Positions 1 to 12,800 of a DNA stretch of 64,000 nucleotides are shown here, one piece after another. The notes beneath the pieces were generated by a model, which saw only the letters and a list, made by a program, of their open reading frames with translations, ran no database searches and was not told the origin of the DNA. Made by a program: the position numbers and the translations under genes. The stretch lies in contig JYFJ02000809.1 in assembly GCA_000934665.2 (NCBI GenBank), positions 1 to 64,000 on the forward strand, written 5' to 3'. Numbering within the stretch: the first letter of the stretch is position 1; every line of letters starts with the position of its first letter. Source of the stretch: Catajapyx aquilonaris. Lineage: Eukaryota.

Positions 1-259
1 CTACAGTGTGATGAAACGTCTTTCGGAAATGGCGCATGGGAAGTCGTGTTTGTTTGGATTTCTTTGCGGATGAAGGAAGGAAATGAACCCATAAACTCAA
101 ACACTGACAGAGTGCAAGACGGTACCTCCTTGTGACATGGCATGGTCTGTTGTAATTGTGCACATCGGTGTACACCTGAAACCAGGTCGCGTCTTTTAGA
201 TAGCAGCGGAATTAATTTCCGCAGTTGTCGGGGGCAGTGGATTACCTGCGCATTTCCAT
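1..259 (-). other. Probable 5' end of a spliced transcript divergent from CFAP99 (partial, runs off the window start)
   Basis: Minus-strand GT-AG introns at 176-245 (70 nt, CAG|GTAATC...TTTCAG) and 62-125 (64 nt, pyrimidine tract then AAG). Exons 246-259, 126-175 and 1-61 join into an open frame (MEMRRCTPMCTITTDHAMSQGEIQTNTTSHAP...). Protein not recognised; could be UTR. Confidence 0.4.
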
Positions 260-588
260 GCAAATTGTGCTTTCGAATATAACTCGATTATGCCTCGATA
301 AAAGGTCGATACATGAACCGGCCACAAAATCCACCCGAGGACACAATAGTGATTCTGTGCACGGATTATTTGTTGTCGAGTATTAAATTCTCACTGATCA
401 ATTCCGAGTGTCGATTTACCTGACTTCTCATGACAGCCTCGTTTGCACTGGGGCCATTCTGCACTTTTTTATCACCCTACATTTGCACTTGACAATTACG
501 CAATTGGCAACGCTGCTCTGGTGGAGTTTGTTTATTCATCTTGGACAGCGATTGCATCGTTCGGATATTGCTCGGCGGAGCTTTCAAG

Positions 589-3435
589 ATGGACCTTACA
601 AAGGCAGTTTTCCTTTGTGGAGTAGATCTTTACTCTGGTTTTACAACCAATCGCTCACCGAAGGAGTATCTGGAAGATAGGCTCTTTTCTCAGGTGGGCA
701 CTGAATCGTGACCTGAGTTACATCCTTGAAAAGGCCCAGCCTATCAGAGGTTTTTAACGTTAACTACTTGCAGAAAGGAGGATGGAACGACAACGATCTC
801 CTCTGCATCATCGAAATTTTCTTCGCCACTGTGGACAATAAGCCCATACTAAGAGTCGCTGTGGAAGCTTTCTACGAGACGTATGGCTCTACTCAGTTGA
901 CGATCCACAAGCCGTTGTATGAAGGCAAGTATTTTGCGTTTATTTGGAGGCGGCATATTTATATAACAACTACGATTCTGGTGCTTGTGACAGTGTTGGC
1001 AGCTATTTTGATGTTTTTGAGACCCAAACTGACCTTGAAAAGCGTCAAGACGGTGATTTTGCAAATCGGAAGGGACATTGTCGCCAGGTTTTTGTACTTC
1101 CTGTGCAATCACAAGGTGCTGGAAAGTGTTCTGGAGCCACGCTGGTTGAGAATGTACGAACGCAGCTACTTGAACGATCACTTCTATCGCGAGTTCAAAT
1201 ATGTTGTGGACCAATTTCAGGTATAGGGGTAGTTCATAATTCGCTTATGAAAATGATGAATCTTTCTTCACTAATTACTACAAGTTTGAGATTTGTTTCC
1301 ATCCTCATCTAGTTTGCACTCTATTACAGTGATGCAGGCAAAATAAATTACATTGCGCCTGGTTCTTGGCTCCAACTATTGTACTGTATTTACATTCTTT
1401 GCCCTACAGAATCTAGCAGAGAAGCTAATGGGCTCAAGTGCCTTTTTACCGAAGCAAGTATCGAAATCAGCAGAAAGTACAGCCGAATTAATCGAAGAAG
1501 TAACACATGAGCTGGAAGAGCCAAAGGATGCGGAGGTGGAAGAGCCGAAGTCAATAAAGTCTCTTTCAGTTAGGATAGCTGAAATAGACCTAAATACTCC
1601 TAAGAAGAAATCATCTGAAGGGGTAGTAGTGCCGTTTCAGCCTAGTGTGACGCAAACCAGTCTAGTGTCTTCAGAGAAAAGCGTCAAGATGAAACCGAAG
1701 GCGTCCACCTACAAACTGAAGCCTCAAAACTCTTGGCCCACTGTGCAAAAACCCGAGGTTAACTTATTTCCCGTGTAATTAAGTTGTGAAATCGTCCCAG
1801 TGATCCTAAAGATTACAATAACAGGCCAATATTGTCTTTCTCCCCTATAGGGAAGTGTAAAATGTCGCCGTGAAGTGGACAACGCTGCTTCGTTATTGAG
1901 GGCCGAAGCTCACATCAAAAAGATGGTGCAGAGTAAGACCAAAATGTAAGGATATTTTCGTGATTATTTTAAAATGAATTTGCGTGTGAATTGGAAGGTG
2001 GACCAAGGAATTGGTTTTAATGTTCAGGAGTCGGAGCGCCAGGGAATATGAAATGTGGTTGAGAGAACAGCGCGAGGCTCAAGAAATAGATGAGGAGGCC
2101 AAGAAGCAGAAGAAACACCTTGAGGGTCTCCTGGCTCGAGAAGAAGCCTTCTTGGCATACCAGGCAGTTCAGAAGGAAAAATCGCAGATAGGGGAAGAAG
2201 TAAAGAAGGAGGTGGGTTAAGTATATCACATTGACAAGGAAAGCGTATGATACCACACGTGGCACAATGATAATAATTTTTATTGAAAGAGCGAAGAGCT
2301 GAAGCAACAGGCTGAGGAATGGCGGCAGGAAGAGGAAGTTCGAATGAGGGAACTGGTAGAGCAAGTCATGGCCGGGAAAGACAAGTTGAGGCAAATTAAG
2401 ACCGACTTACATGCTGCAAAAACTAAAGAAGGCAAGCTGATTTTATCAGGCTCTCTTGCCAATATGCTGTGGGCATAGGCTATTGTATAATGTTTGCTTT
2501 ATTCCAGCCCGGGCTGTGCTGGAGGAAACTCGGAGACTGCTGGAACTATCCCTGAAGCAGGTAAGATCAGGATTTGGTTTAATTTACGCAAGGAAAATGA
2601 TATGAATTACTGTACCCCACTCGAAAGGCTCAAGAAGAGATGTCACAAAAAATGGACGAAATCATGCAAATACGCGCCATGGAGCAGATGCACACAGCAG
2701 TAAAGCCAGCCAAACCTGCTGACCTGACCGAGTGTCATCATTGGGGCTTCTTGGGCGAGATGTCCCTTGCAGAGGTAATCTAGTTTTACTTGCAAAGTTA
2801 TTGTTCCGAGATGTATGATGTGGCAGTTATTTCACTTTGAAAACTAGGCTCGGGAGCGGCTGTTTCTGATCAAGTACAAGGCCGAAGAGGAAAAGAAGCT
2901 TCTGCGAGAGCAATCCCGGCGCGAAAAGGAGGGGCGAGAGCGCCGCATGGATAATATCAAGACAATGCTGGAGTGGTTCCAGGAAGATCTCAGCAGACGA
3001 GAGAAGATGTCCGCTAGGCCGCCGGTTCCCAAGACGATTCACAACCCGGAACTGGACGAACTGTCCAAGCGACTGGAAGAGAGACGAAACGTAAGGAAGG
3101 CCATCCTGGCAAAGTCGCCGTACCCGAGCAGAGGCGACACCCCAACCAGCGACACCCCCAGCGACGCCAAAGGCATACCGAAGAGCTTCTCGTTTCCTGT
3201 GACCAAAAAGCCAGCGACAGTTCCCAAGCGTCCCATCATGTCCGACCCGTGCCTCTACAGGTCTCTGAGGGCTGCCCGATCTGAAGAAGAGAAGAAGAGG
3301 AAGCAATCTGGAGGAGGAGGGAGTGAGACTGCAACTTCCCATTTACTGAAGCCTAGCACTCGAGCCTCCCTCGATTACGATGAGCCTGATCCCAAGAACC
3401 CAATGATTGAAGGTCCAAAATCACGCCTCAAATGA
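589..3435 (+). CDS. CFAP99: Cilia- and flagella-associated protein 99-like (10 exons, about 679 aa)
   Basis: Exons 589-693, 774-924, 994-1220, 1410-1757, 1851-1945, 2028-2211 (alternative acceptor 1998), 2290-2431, 2508-2560, 2628-2774, 2848-3435; phases are consistent. Motifs resembling CFAP99: ILRVAVEAFYE, WLRMYERSYL, RELVEQVMAG, DLTECHHWGFLGEMSLAEARERLFL, plus a long coiled coil. AATAAA at about 3546. Confidence 0.8.
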
Positions 3436-6037
3436 AGCAGTGACCGCAACCTGTCTCTCCCAATTAGCGTTCCGCTGAAGACATAGCAGAGACAGAACAC
3501 ATGTCTGTTTCTATGATAGAATATTTAGAAAGATTACACTTTTCCAATAAATGGATTAGGATTTGCATATGTGCACGTCGCGATGACTGCAACGGTATAT
3601 CGGTGCATCGTGTGCGTCAAGTATGCACTTACGGCCGAATTTAGAGATCTTTGATATAAATGATAGTTCTTGTGTTTAAGGCCCGAGTTTTTGTCCAATG
3701 CGAATCAGTCTGAATTCGCATTTTAATAATTAACTTTTACAAGCACTGCGTCTCCTGCCAGTGGACCAATTAGCAAGCAAGTTCCCTCTGTCACGTCTTA
3801 CATCTCCCTGTTTCCATGCCGTTGGACTTGGTAAGAAACCCATTGCTCTCCTCCACCCTTAATTTGAATATAAGACGCGCCTGATAACTCTCAATTAGGG
3901 TATGCGCAGGTGAGGGTTTACCCTGGGCATAATTAACAGCGCGGCTCCTCACACAGTCCCGATAATTATATAAATTCTTGAGGAGGTACTTTATCCACTG
4001 AGCAACTTGGGAGTGACATGGGGGAAGTATATGCGACCTTGCCAAGGCCCAGCGAGAATCGATGTCTGCGTTTGTGGTGTTGCAGCGGTTACCTGGACAA
4101 CTCCTATGGGGGAGGAATTTTTGATTGAGCTTCGGAAAAGGGGGACGGGGGGAGGGGGTTGAGGTAGTAGAATCGCTTCATCTGCCGCCGCACACGCACT
4201 ACCTCCATTCGCCCACTGCTCAAACCTATGGCGACTCATCCGGGGACTTCATTCGCACGTGTGGGGATAAGTGACTCTACGCATGCCCGGACCTTAGAAG
4301 TGCCAACTGGTGCTGCTGCTGTCTAATCCTCATTGTCTCCTCAACTTCTCTTTTTGTGCCCACGCATTCAGGTATGTTTTATGACATTTTTGGGGGTTTT
4401 TGCCCGCTTTGTATTTGTAAAGTGTGCACCATAAACCTGGATTGAGGTATTTAACCCTTCCGGTTGGCGCTGCTGACTGGAAAGTTCCGTTGCATGCCTT
4501 GGTCTGAAAGAGTTTGCTGAATATTCTATTACAATGCTTTTTCAAACCAGGAAGTGAGTTTTTAAGGTTGGGGGAGCCATTCTATTCTAGAAGCACCAAA
4601 TTCGCTATGCATTTTGTTCTTTTAAGTTTACCTGACTGTTATAAACGACGTGCTTGAAGTTAGGATCACAAGACAGCTTTGAAAAGTTTACCGGGAATAT
4701 CGATCACCATGAGTTCTGCCTTCCATAAGCTTATTAACTAGTAATATTTTAACCAATATGATTTTCTCAGAAGGGGGCTTTCAGTGGGAGCAGGCATCTT
4801 TTTGAATCACTGATGAATTGAGATTGTCATCAATATTTCAGGTTCAGAATGACTCAAAGGAATGTCACCTTCAATAATTGATTTAGTACCACTAACCTTT
4901 AACACATTTTTTGCTGCGAGAAAGGTTTTTGTGAGTTTACCCTTGGCACTCCACAAATGACTGTTAACTGCAGGCACATTCTTCATACAACTACACTTTT
5001 TGTTTTAATGGCCTCCCATTTTACTGAATTCGGGAAAATATTTCACTGATATCCTGTCATGACTCCTTACTGTCAATGCAAAAAAAAAAAAAAAACTGCA
5101 CGCATTTCGAGTCTGTCGCTAGAATCTTACTCCTTAACTTATAACTAAATACAACAACAGTATACTGCTGTAGTTTTCCAGGGACATGTTTGTAGGTCTA
5201 ACTTGACTCCAGTCAATACATGCTGCAGAAAATGAACCTTATACAGTACGTGAATATGCGAAACAGTTTGGCACATGTGATAGCATGTTACTCAGGGAAT
5301 AGCATCAAATGCTGCTTATTAATCCATGTTGCCGTGTCCAAAGAGGTGACCAATAAAATATGTAGACCGGTTGAACTTTTAAAATCCAAAGTCGAAGATT
5401 TCTTAGAGTAAGTCATAAAGTAGTGAAAGACGCAACTGTTTGAAATGTTTTGAAGCCTTCATAACTCCTTTACAATATTGAAGAGTTAAAATTATAAAGG
5501 AGGTAAATGCCAAAATAATTTTTTTGAGATTATGCACTAAAAGAGATCTGGGCCAAGGCCAATACTAATACGAAACCTTCCAATGCCCCCATATGGCTCA
5601 TTTGGTAGCAGTAAATCCCCAAAGATAGCCTCATCAGACCCGAAAGAGTTATATTCAACATAAATGTTCCAGATTTTGTGTCTAGGTGTGATTTCTCACT
5701 GACTGCGAGAACAGAAAACCATTCTACACACTTTTCAAAATTCTGCACCATTGTTGAGTTAGAGGACTGTATTGCAGGCAATACATTGGGTCTTACAACT
5801 TCTGATATAAATTGTGATATTGCTAGCAATACATAACAACTTTCATATCTCAACACCTCTTATTCTGTGTGGTAAAGTGCGAAACAGTTACGGAATTTTT
5901 GACAAAGAAAAAGGTTGAATTGGGTACACTTTGTACGCGAGTAAAATTTTCAGCTTTTTTTTCTTGGAAGCAAGTCTGTATCATACACTGAGATGTATTC
6001 TATTTTCATATATGTATGTATACATACACTGTACTCA

Positions 6038-6351
6038 CTACTCCCGATTATCCGGGTGCGGGTTATCCGTGAATCGCGAAAAAATTCAATCAAAATTAAA
6101 GTTGAAAAAATGTCAATATGTCCCGCTAACAAAGAAATATAAAATAATTTTTCTAGAAAAAAAAAATGTAGGGTCAGTTTTATTATTTTGATTAAACCTG
6201 TTAAATCAGCATACACTATCATACAATAGTACATGAAAACCTGTGAATAGCTAATTTTTACAGTATCAACGACCACTTTCTGATTATCCGTGGTTTATAC
6301 GATTATCCCGCGACACCTGAGCATTGATTAGCCCTGATAATCGGGATTACA
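6038..6351. mobile_element. Degenerate Tc1/mariner/pogo-type MITE
   Basis: Inverted termini CTCCCGATTATC (6041) and GATAATCGGGA (6336-6346), internal GATTATCC subterminal repeats and an AT-rich non-coding interior. Confidence 0.55.
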
Positions 6352-9037
6352 ATATTTCATTTTTGTTAGGTTTTTTTATGTCCGAGATGTCAAGCGAATA
6401 AGCAATACAGAAGTTGTTTAAAATCTTGTATTTTGGGGTCTGTTTATTCTTTGGACCTTTCCTCCTAGTTAACTCTTACAATCATGAACAGAGTCATATT
6501 GTAGCCTCTAATGGATATGGTCATCCATAAGTGCCACACAAATATCCATATTCACATGGTAATAATGTTAGTGTGAGATTCTGGCACTTACCCCGTTCTT
6601 GTTTCGTCACATTTGGCCTTAGATTTTAATTATAAAGCAGTGGTATATGTTCACCACACTATTGTATCTGGCCAAGGACCTTGATTGTATATGTTCTATC
6701 TGCCAAGTCATCATCACCAAGAAAGTAGAATTATGGATAGGACACACAAATATCGATTTTTCTCAGATTCAAAATTATGGCACTTACCCCTTTCCACTCT
6801 TCATATTATTGTTTAAGTGTGTTTAAGTTTAGGTATGTGAATAAGTATGTATAATGTTTCATTTAATTACGGGATTACTTTTGCTCCTATTTAAATGCAG
6901 ACACTTGCGTGTCTTCTGATGTGCATGGTCTACTGCACGTAATACATAACTCGATTGTTAAATATTTTAGATATGTGACTCTTTGCTCATATGCTCCAAA
7001 ACTGAACATTACTGGATTCAAAATCCTGCGTGTAACACTGATATCGATGAAATTGAGTATTGATAGCTGGAGTTATCCCCATTGCTAGAAGTACTTTGAT
7101 TGTATGAATGCTAAATTATTACTTTCGGGATATCGAAAACGAGGAACTTTTCAAGGGCAGTGCATTATCCGGGTCGTGCTCTGTTCAGCCGCCCACTTGA
7201 TTGGATTTTGATGCGATTGTTTCAACCACTTTCGCGAAGGCAATCGCAAGAAGTGAGTTTATCAATTATGCGTTGACGGTATGACCTAAAAAAAAGGGTT
7301 GTGCGACGTACGATACATTAGGAGGTCAGAAAATTCTGAATAATTAGCATACAGAGCGATCCCAGGACATATTCTAATACCGGAAGTACTGTATAATATG
7401 TAATATCCTGTCAGATAGGCACCCCAAAATCTTTCCTGATGGTAGAGTGGTCTAGCCAGCAATATACATTCCCTATATTTTTCTGCCAATCTCTAACCCT
7501 TAAATAGCCGCCGAAGCCCGTAAGAACACCTCCCATACAAAATTGACGAAAAGTATCTTTGGAATATAGGTCAAGGAATCGTCCTTCCTGCCCGTCATGC
7601 AGGAGTTTCTCATCACCCTGTATGTGGTGGCAGATTGCTTACTCTGAATCTAGATGGCATTTTTAATAGCCTACTTCATGTATTGGCGGACCAAATATTC
7701 GATGTGCTTTCGACACTGATTGTGAGCATTGCCACCATGCTTGGATGGCCATGTATCAAAGTGGGTCTGTGGGTGATAAAAGTTGAACCTCGTACACGTG
7801 TCTCTCCTCGATGCGGAAATGGACACACCCGATTGATGCTGTGGTAATCGTCGTAATCCTCAATCTGAACTTCCCATGAAGTGATGTAATATTGATCCCG
7901 TCAGAAGTTTCGGCGAAAATATTCCAAGTGTCAGTTCATTGTGCGCAAAAAGTTCCTTTTATACTTTTCCGAAGCTAACAAAACATGCTGAACATGGATT
8001 GAAGAACTCCGAGTGGCATAAAACCATTCATGGCCTCTAACATGCGATAAGCCGTGCAAGTCCCCNCCCCCGTTTGTCACTGTAATTTGAATTGACCTTC
8101 TCAACACGCTTTGCAAAGGCGCGCTTTTATTGAGGAAATGACCCACTCGTTAAGGTGCGTTATACGCGACACCTTCGTGGAAAGTCCATATGCCGATAAT
8201 TTTTCACTAATAGGGGGAAACTCAATTAGCAGTTTTCAGATATCCACTTAGGCACTTACAGTATAACCGTACTTATTCTTACATGTTTTTTTTCCTAACA
8301 TTAAGTGAATGTTTTTATCAACAAACGGACCTAATTGTGCCATCTGAACATATCACCCCTATCACACGAGGCATCATGCTGTGCCTGTCTGGTGTATTTA
8401 CGTAACCTCTCTCCTTACAAGTCATTTAACCGCCTATGGACCTCACACAACCAAGGGGAGTCCTGCACGATATAAAACAACAGTTGCAGTCGTGTCACCA
8501 GGGCATCACGGTATATTATTTTGTAACGCGTACTGTACGTGGCGATAATGACTTTTCTTCACAGTTAAAGCCATGATTACGAGCAAGCTTGCCAGTGACC
8601 TAGGTCACGCACTCTATGCGCCCGCATGATGCTCATTCATTATGTGCATATTTCATAACATGTGTGCCTGAAGAATTAAAGTAAGTCCCAGCTTCCGACT
8701 TCGTAATTAAGCTCTTCAAACGGACAATAACTTGCCTCTCGGTGATATTTCAGTGTTGATAGTATTTGCGAGTATGTGTGTATGTGATGAACATCATACC
8801 TGAATGATTACGGTAACCCAATATCTCCCAATATTTATAATGTGGAACATGACGGTGGTAATTTTAAGCGTGTCAATTTATTGCTGTGGTTAATAGCTAT
8901 GACTTAATTATGTTATTCGCACACAGGCGTTGTCACATGACGATGCACCTGAACCTGGTGTTGTCATAGTCCAACTGGTCGAAGGGACACCAGCCGGTTA
9001 GGAAGAACGCCCACACCAATAATTTCATCACTGCCAG

Positions 9038-9097
9038 ATGGACCCTTTTTGGACCTGGGACGTCATTATTCCCACGCATTCACGTGTTATTCTACTG
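9038..9097 (+). CDS. Candidate upstream first coding exon of HECTD2 (MDPFWTWDVIIPTHSRVILL)
   Basis: ATG at 9038 and a strong donor CTG|GTGAGT at 9098 in phase 0, matching the phase-0 acceptor at 16388. A possible acceptor lies at about 8927. May instead be a 5' UTR exon. Confidence 0.35.
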
Positions 9098-9364
9098 GTG
9101 AGTATGTCTTACGCATTTTATGACGTGGAAAAAATATGACGTCTTGGTTGTGACGTGTAGTGGATGACCTTTATCCACCTGTTTCTCAATGCTCCTTTCG
9201 ATCGATGTGCGTCAGGTCGATTTCAAAGTGCACAGTTTCAATGCCATTTGCTTTGTGGTACTGGAAGGTGAAGGCACGAAGGCCCCGACGCAGTGTTTTA
9301 TTCATTTTTATATTAACCGCTGAACTTTCAAAAAGGACGAACGAGCTTAACTGTGCAACCATGC

Positions 9365-9367
<3 letters not shown>

Positions 9368-9438
<71 letters not shown>

Positions 9439-9445
9439 CAACAAC
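9368..9445 (+). repeat. (AAT)n/(AAC)n microsatellite
   Basis: Pure AAT run followed by AAC units, read directly. Confidence 0.95.
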
Positions 9446-9776
9446 GGGGAGGCGGAGTGGTGCTGCGGTAACGTATGCGCCCACGAATGTTAAGGTCCCG
9501 GGTTCGATCCCAGCCCGGGGACACCCCCTTCATCTCGTGCAGAGTTGGGTCGTCTCTGGCTTCGTCTCGGGTGGCATTTCCGAAAGACTAAGCCACCCGG
9601 GGGAGTTCACAAAATGTACCACTATTGAGACATTGCACTTGCACTTTGCACATCCCCTCCTGTCATCCTGCCCGTGGGCCCGGGCGTTTCAATTAGTAGG
9701 TTCCAATGTATAATAGTACAATAAAGGTTACGTGTGATATAGCCTACCCCCACCGGGGGTGAAAGCATTACCCAGG

Positions 9777-9850
<74 letters not shown>
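9446..9850 (+). mobile_element. tRNA-derived SINE with (ATT)n tail
   Basis: Pol III A-box-like TGGTGCTGCGG, B box GGTTCGATCCC, core GACATTGCACTTGCAC (9629-9644), 3' hairpin ACCCCC..GGGGGT and (ATT)n tail 9777-9850. Confidence 0.8.
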
Positions 9851-9851
<1 letters not shown>

Positions 9852-12800
9852 ACAATAATGCGTAATGACATTCTATTATCTTGAGAATGAAGCAGAAATC
9901 GCAGAAATTAACTGGGATATTTTTGTTTTGGAATTTCACAAGGAATCTCATGGCCTGTATTCAGTTGTAATTTTGTTTTTTGCAGCTCAGTCCTGTAACC
10001 AATGACTGCTTGATTTTCCTGCTAGAATCACAATCACAGTTTTCCATATGACAAAGAAAGGTCGGCTACATAATGACGTCAAACTCACCATTTGGGCAGT
10101 GAATGATTTAAGGTCTGCTATATTGGGAGAAAGAGCATATTTGAGTAGGCGTTCCTACTTACAGTATACATTATGCGACCTAAACCCACACGGTATTAAA
10201 GGTGAATTGGAATTCGAGGTATCAATGAGGACAGTAGGAAATATCCCATTGATTTATGTCGATCTACATATCGCAAATAATTTAATTGCGTCGACAGGGA
10301 TACAAAAGCGACATATATGAATGTCGCAAAATTATAAAGAAGGGTATTATACGGCCGGAACAGTTTATTGTTGCCCTTGTGGTGTGTGCCTGGGAAATAC
10401 AAAGACGCGTCCTGAATAAAACAGAAATTATTGCCAGGAACAGTGTGTAGCAGCAGCAATCGTTTCAGAAATTTATTGATCGGTATATGCTGTTATACAC
10501 TTGCATTATTGATGCTCAGGAGTGCGGCAAGTGGGCAAGGTAATCGACTCAGAGTAGTCGTATAGGTGTTGGTGATGGTGCAGTTGTGACAACTGTGACA
10601 CAGTATGTATTGCACTTGCTTACTCTAAATAATACCTTGTCAATGGCAGGGTTGGCTTTTTGTCTCTGCATCGATTTCAAGGGGTACAGTTGCAATTATC
10701 CATTCAGTTGCACACGCAAACTAGGTCTAATTAGCTTAATTTACGCACACAAAACGCGAGCTTATCCCCATGACCTTTGATATAGGTGAAACATCCTCTC
10801 GGAAATTGAGTAATTGCGAAATGATAACCCATTTGTTTAATGTTACTGCCAGTTTTCTGCTGAGCTGATTCGCGTGAGTGTGCTATGGATTTCTGTGGAA
10901 AAGAATTAGTTTAGGTTATGTAAGATTACATTGTTTTTTGTTGTTTGCTTGTTATCATTTTGTAACTGAATAACCTAGAACCAATTTGACTTGGCATTGT
11001 TGCATTGCGGTTGATATGACAGAACCATACTTCATGCAAGTTAGGGGCCCAATTCCAAGCTTTGGCTGAAATTTTCATGTCAAACTAGAGAATATTGTGA
11101 AGGATTGGGAAAGAAACGCACCCGTGCGAGTATGGCGTGCTCTTCATAATAGAGTGTCTTTTATTTGGAATGTGGGATTCGAATTATAGAGTGCGACCAC
11201 GTAGTTATATAATAAGTCAATAATAAATGAACTAATAAGGACACATTGACGGATGTAAGCTGGACATATGTACTTCGCAGGACCTGATGTACATAGATCC
11301 ATATGGGTCAATTATTATTGACGATATTACACCTGTTTGGGAGCTTCTATCAGGAGATGTAGTGCGCAAATCACTAATCGCTGTTACAAAGAGTATAATT
11401 TATTCGTGGCATGGTTGCACATGAATTTGTCAAGATACATATCAAACAAGGGATTTTTATCGACCTCATCGGCATTACACTGTAGGTTCTAATGTACGGA
11501 GAGTGATGTATTAGTTGTTGCTCCCAGGGTTGTTTGCCATGTAGTGTGTTCAAGAGCAGTTCACATCGCACTTGTATCGATTTCCATTATTTCTCTGTGC
11601 CTTAGGCCTAAACTTCCCGCCCCCTAGGTTAGAATCGGGGACGTAACTCTTATCTATCTCAACTTTGCGATTCTTAGATTACATTCTCTAGAACTTGGTG
11701 TGTAGTGGGAGTGTATGCAAATGACTTGTGTTCACTGCTGTTAGCGGGTGTCCTTGCTGACTTGGTACCAAGGTGTACAAGAATTTATTAGTTGAATCGA
11801 CCGTGTTAATAATTGGGTGCTCAGTTACAGGTCCCTGACCTCTCAAGCCTCTTTTAAACGACCTTTTTAATTCAATGGCTGTGCTACTGATCGATTTTGA
11901 TTGTGGGAAAACTCCGAGGAAATTCACGGAATCAGGTAGAGAACCCTGAACCCAGGAGATCCACCTCAGTGAGATAATTCCTTGCTCTATACCCGGGCAG
12001 CAACCAGGACTGCACAGGTGGTATGGCATAGGTGCTTTGCGATATTTGATCTTGTAGAAGAAACTTTCAGTCCGAAATGAAGGATAGAGTCTGCGCTATA
12101 TGCATGTGAAAATCGGGGTACCCTATATACATACTGTATAGTAGTAGAGAGGTTTCGACAACTTTCTAAACTTTTTGTACAATTTTGTAACTCAGCATCT
12201 TGGCAGTTTATCCAGAATTTTTGACCTTTGCATTATCAGAATGTTGCTGTGTGCAAATGCCTGCATTGCGAACAAAGTGTTAGAAATCCATATAGACTAT
12301 ACGAGCATCCATTAGCTTACACGCCGAAGGAAAAGCTCAATAGATCAATACCAAGTTATTAATCACTTGAACCAGGCACACTACAGTGTGCTACCACCAT
12401 CCGATAGCCTAATTAAGAATTCGCGGTACACTCAAATGATTTGTGACACCTTTCTCAGAATAAGTTTTCAAACTGCCGATTTGGACCTCACGCAAGGCAT
12501 CTACAGTATACAAACCTGATTAATTCACCCTTACCAAAAAAAAATCGTGGTCTAGAACAGAAGAGGTGTAATTACGTAACGGAAAATGGGCCTGGTATTG
12601 TTCTATTGCGTGATTTACACACGCTTCAAATTTCTGCGAGATGTCCTTGCGTTTTTTATTATTACACCCTGACAGTTTATGCAGGATTCCGTGTTTTCTA
12701 CCTGACTAGGAAGCATACTCTTCAGGCTCCCATTAGCGATCTAATCATCCATTTTTTTTTAAATCCTATATGGCCGTGTGCTGACTGCTGACAATGAAAC

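Noticed and set aside
2827..3342. 171-aa antisense ORF over the CFAP99 last exon (similar ones lie over ADMP and HECTD2)
   Set aside because: Shadow ORFs on the opposite strand of GC-richer coding exons.
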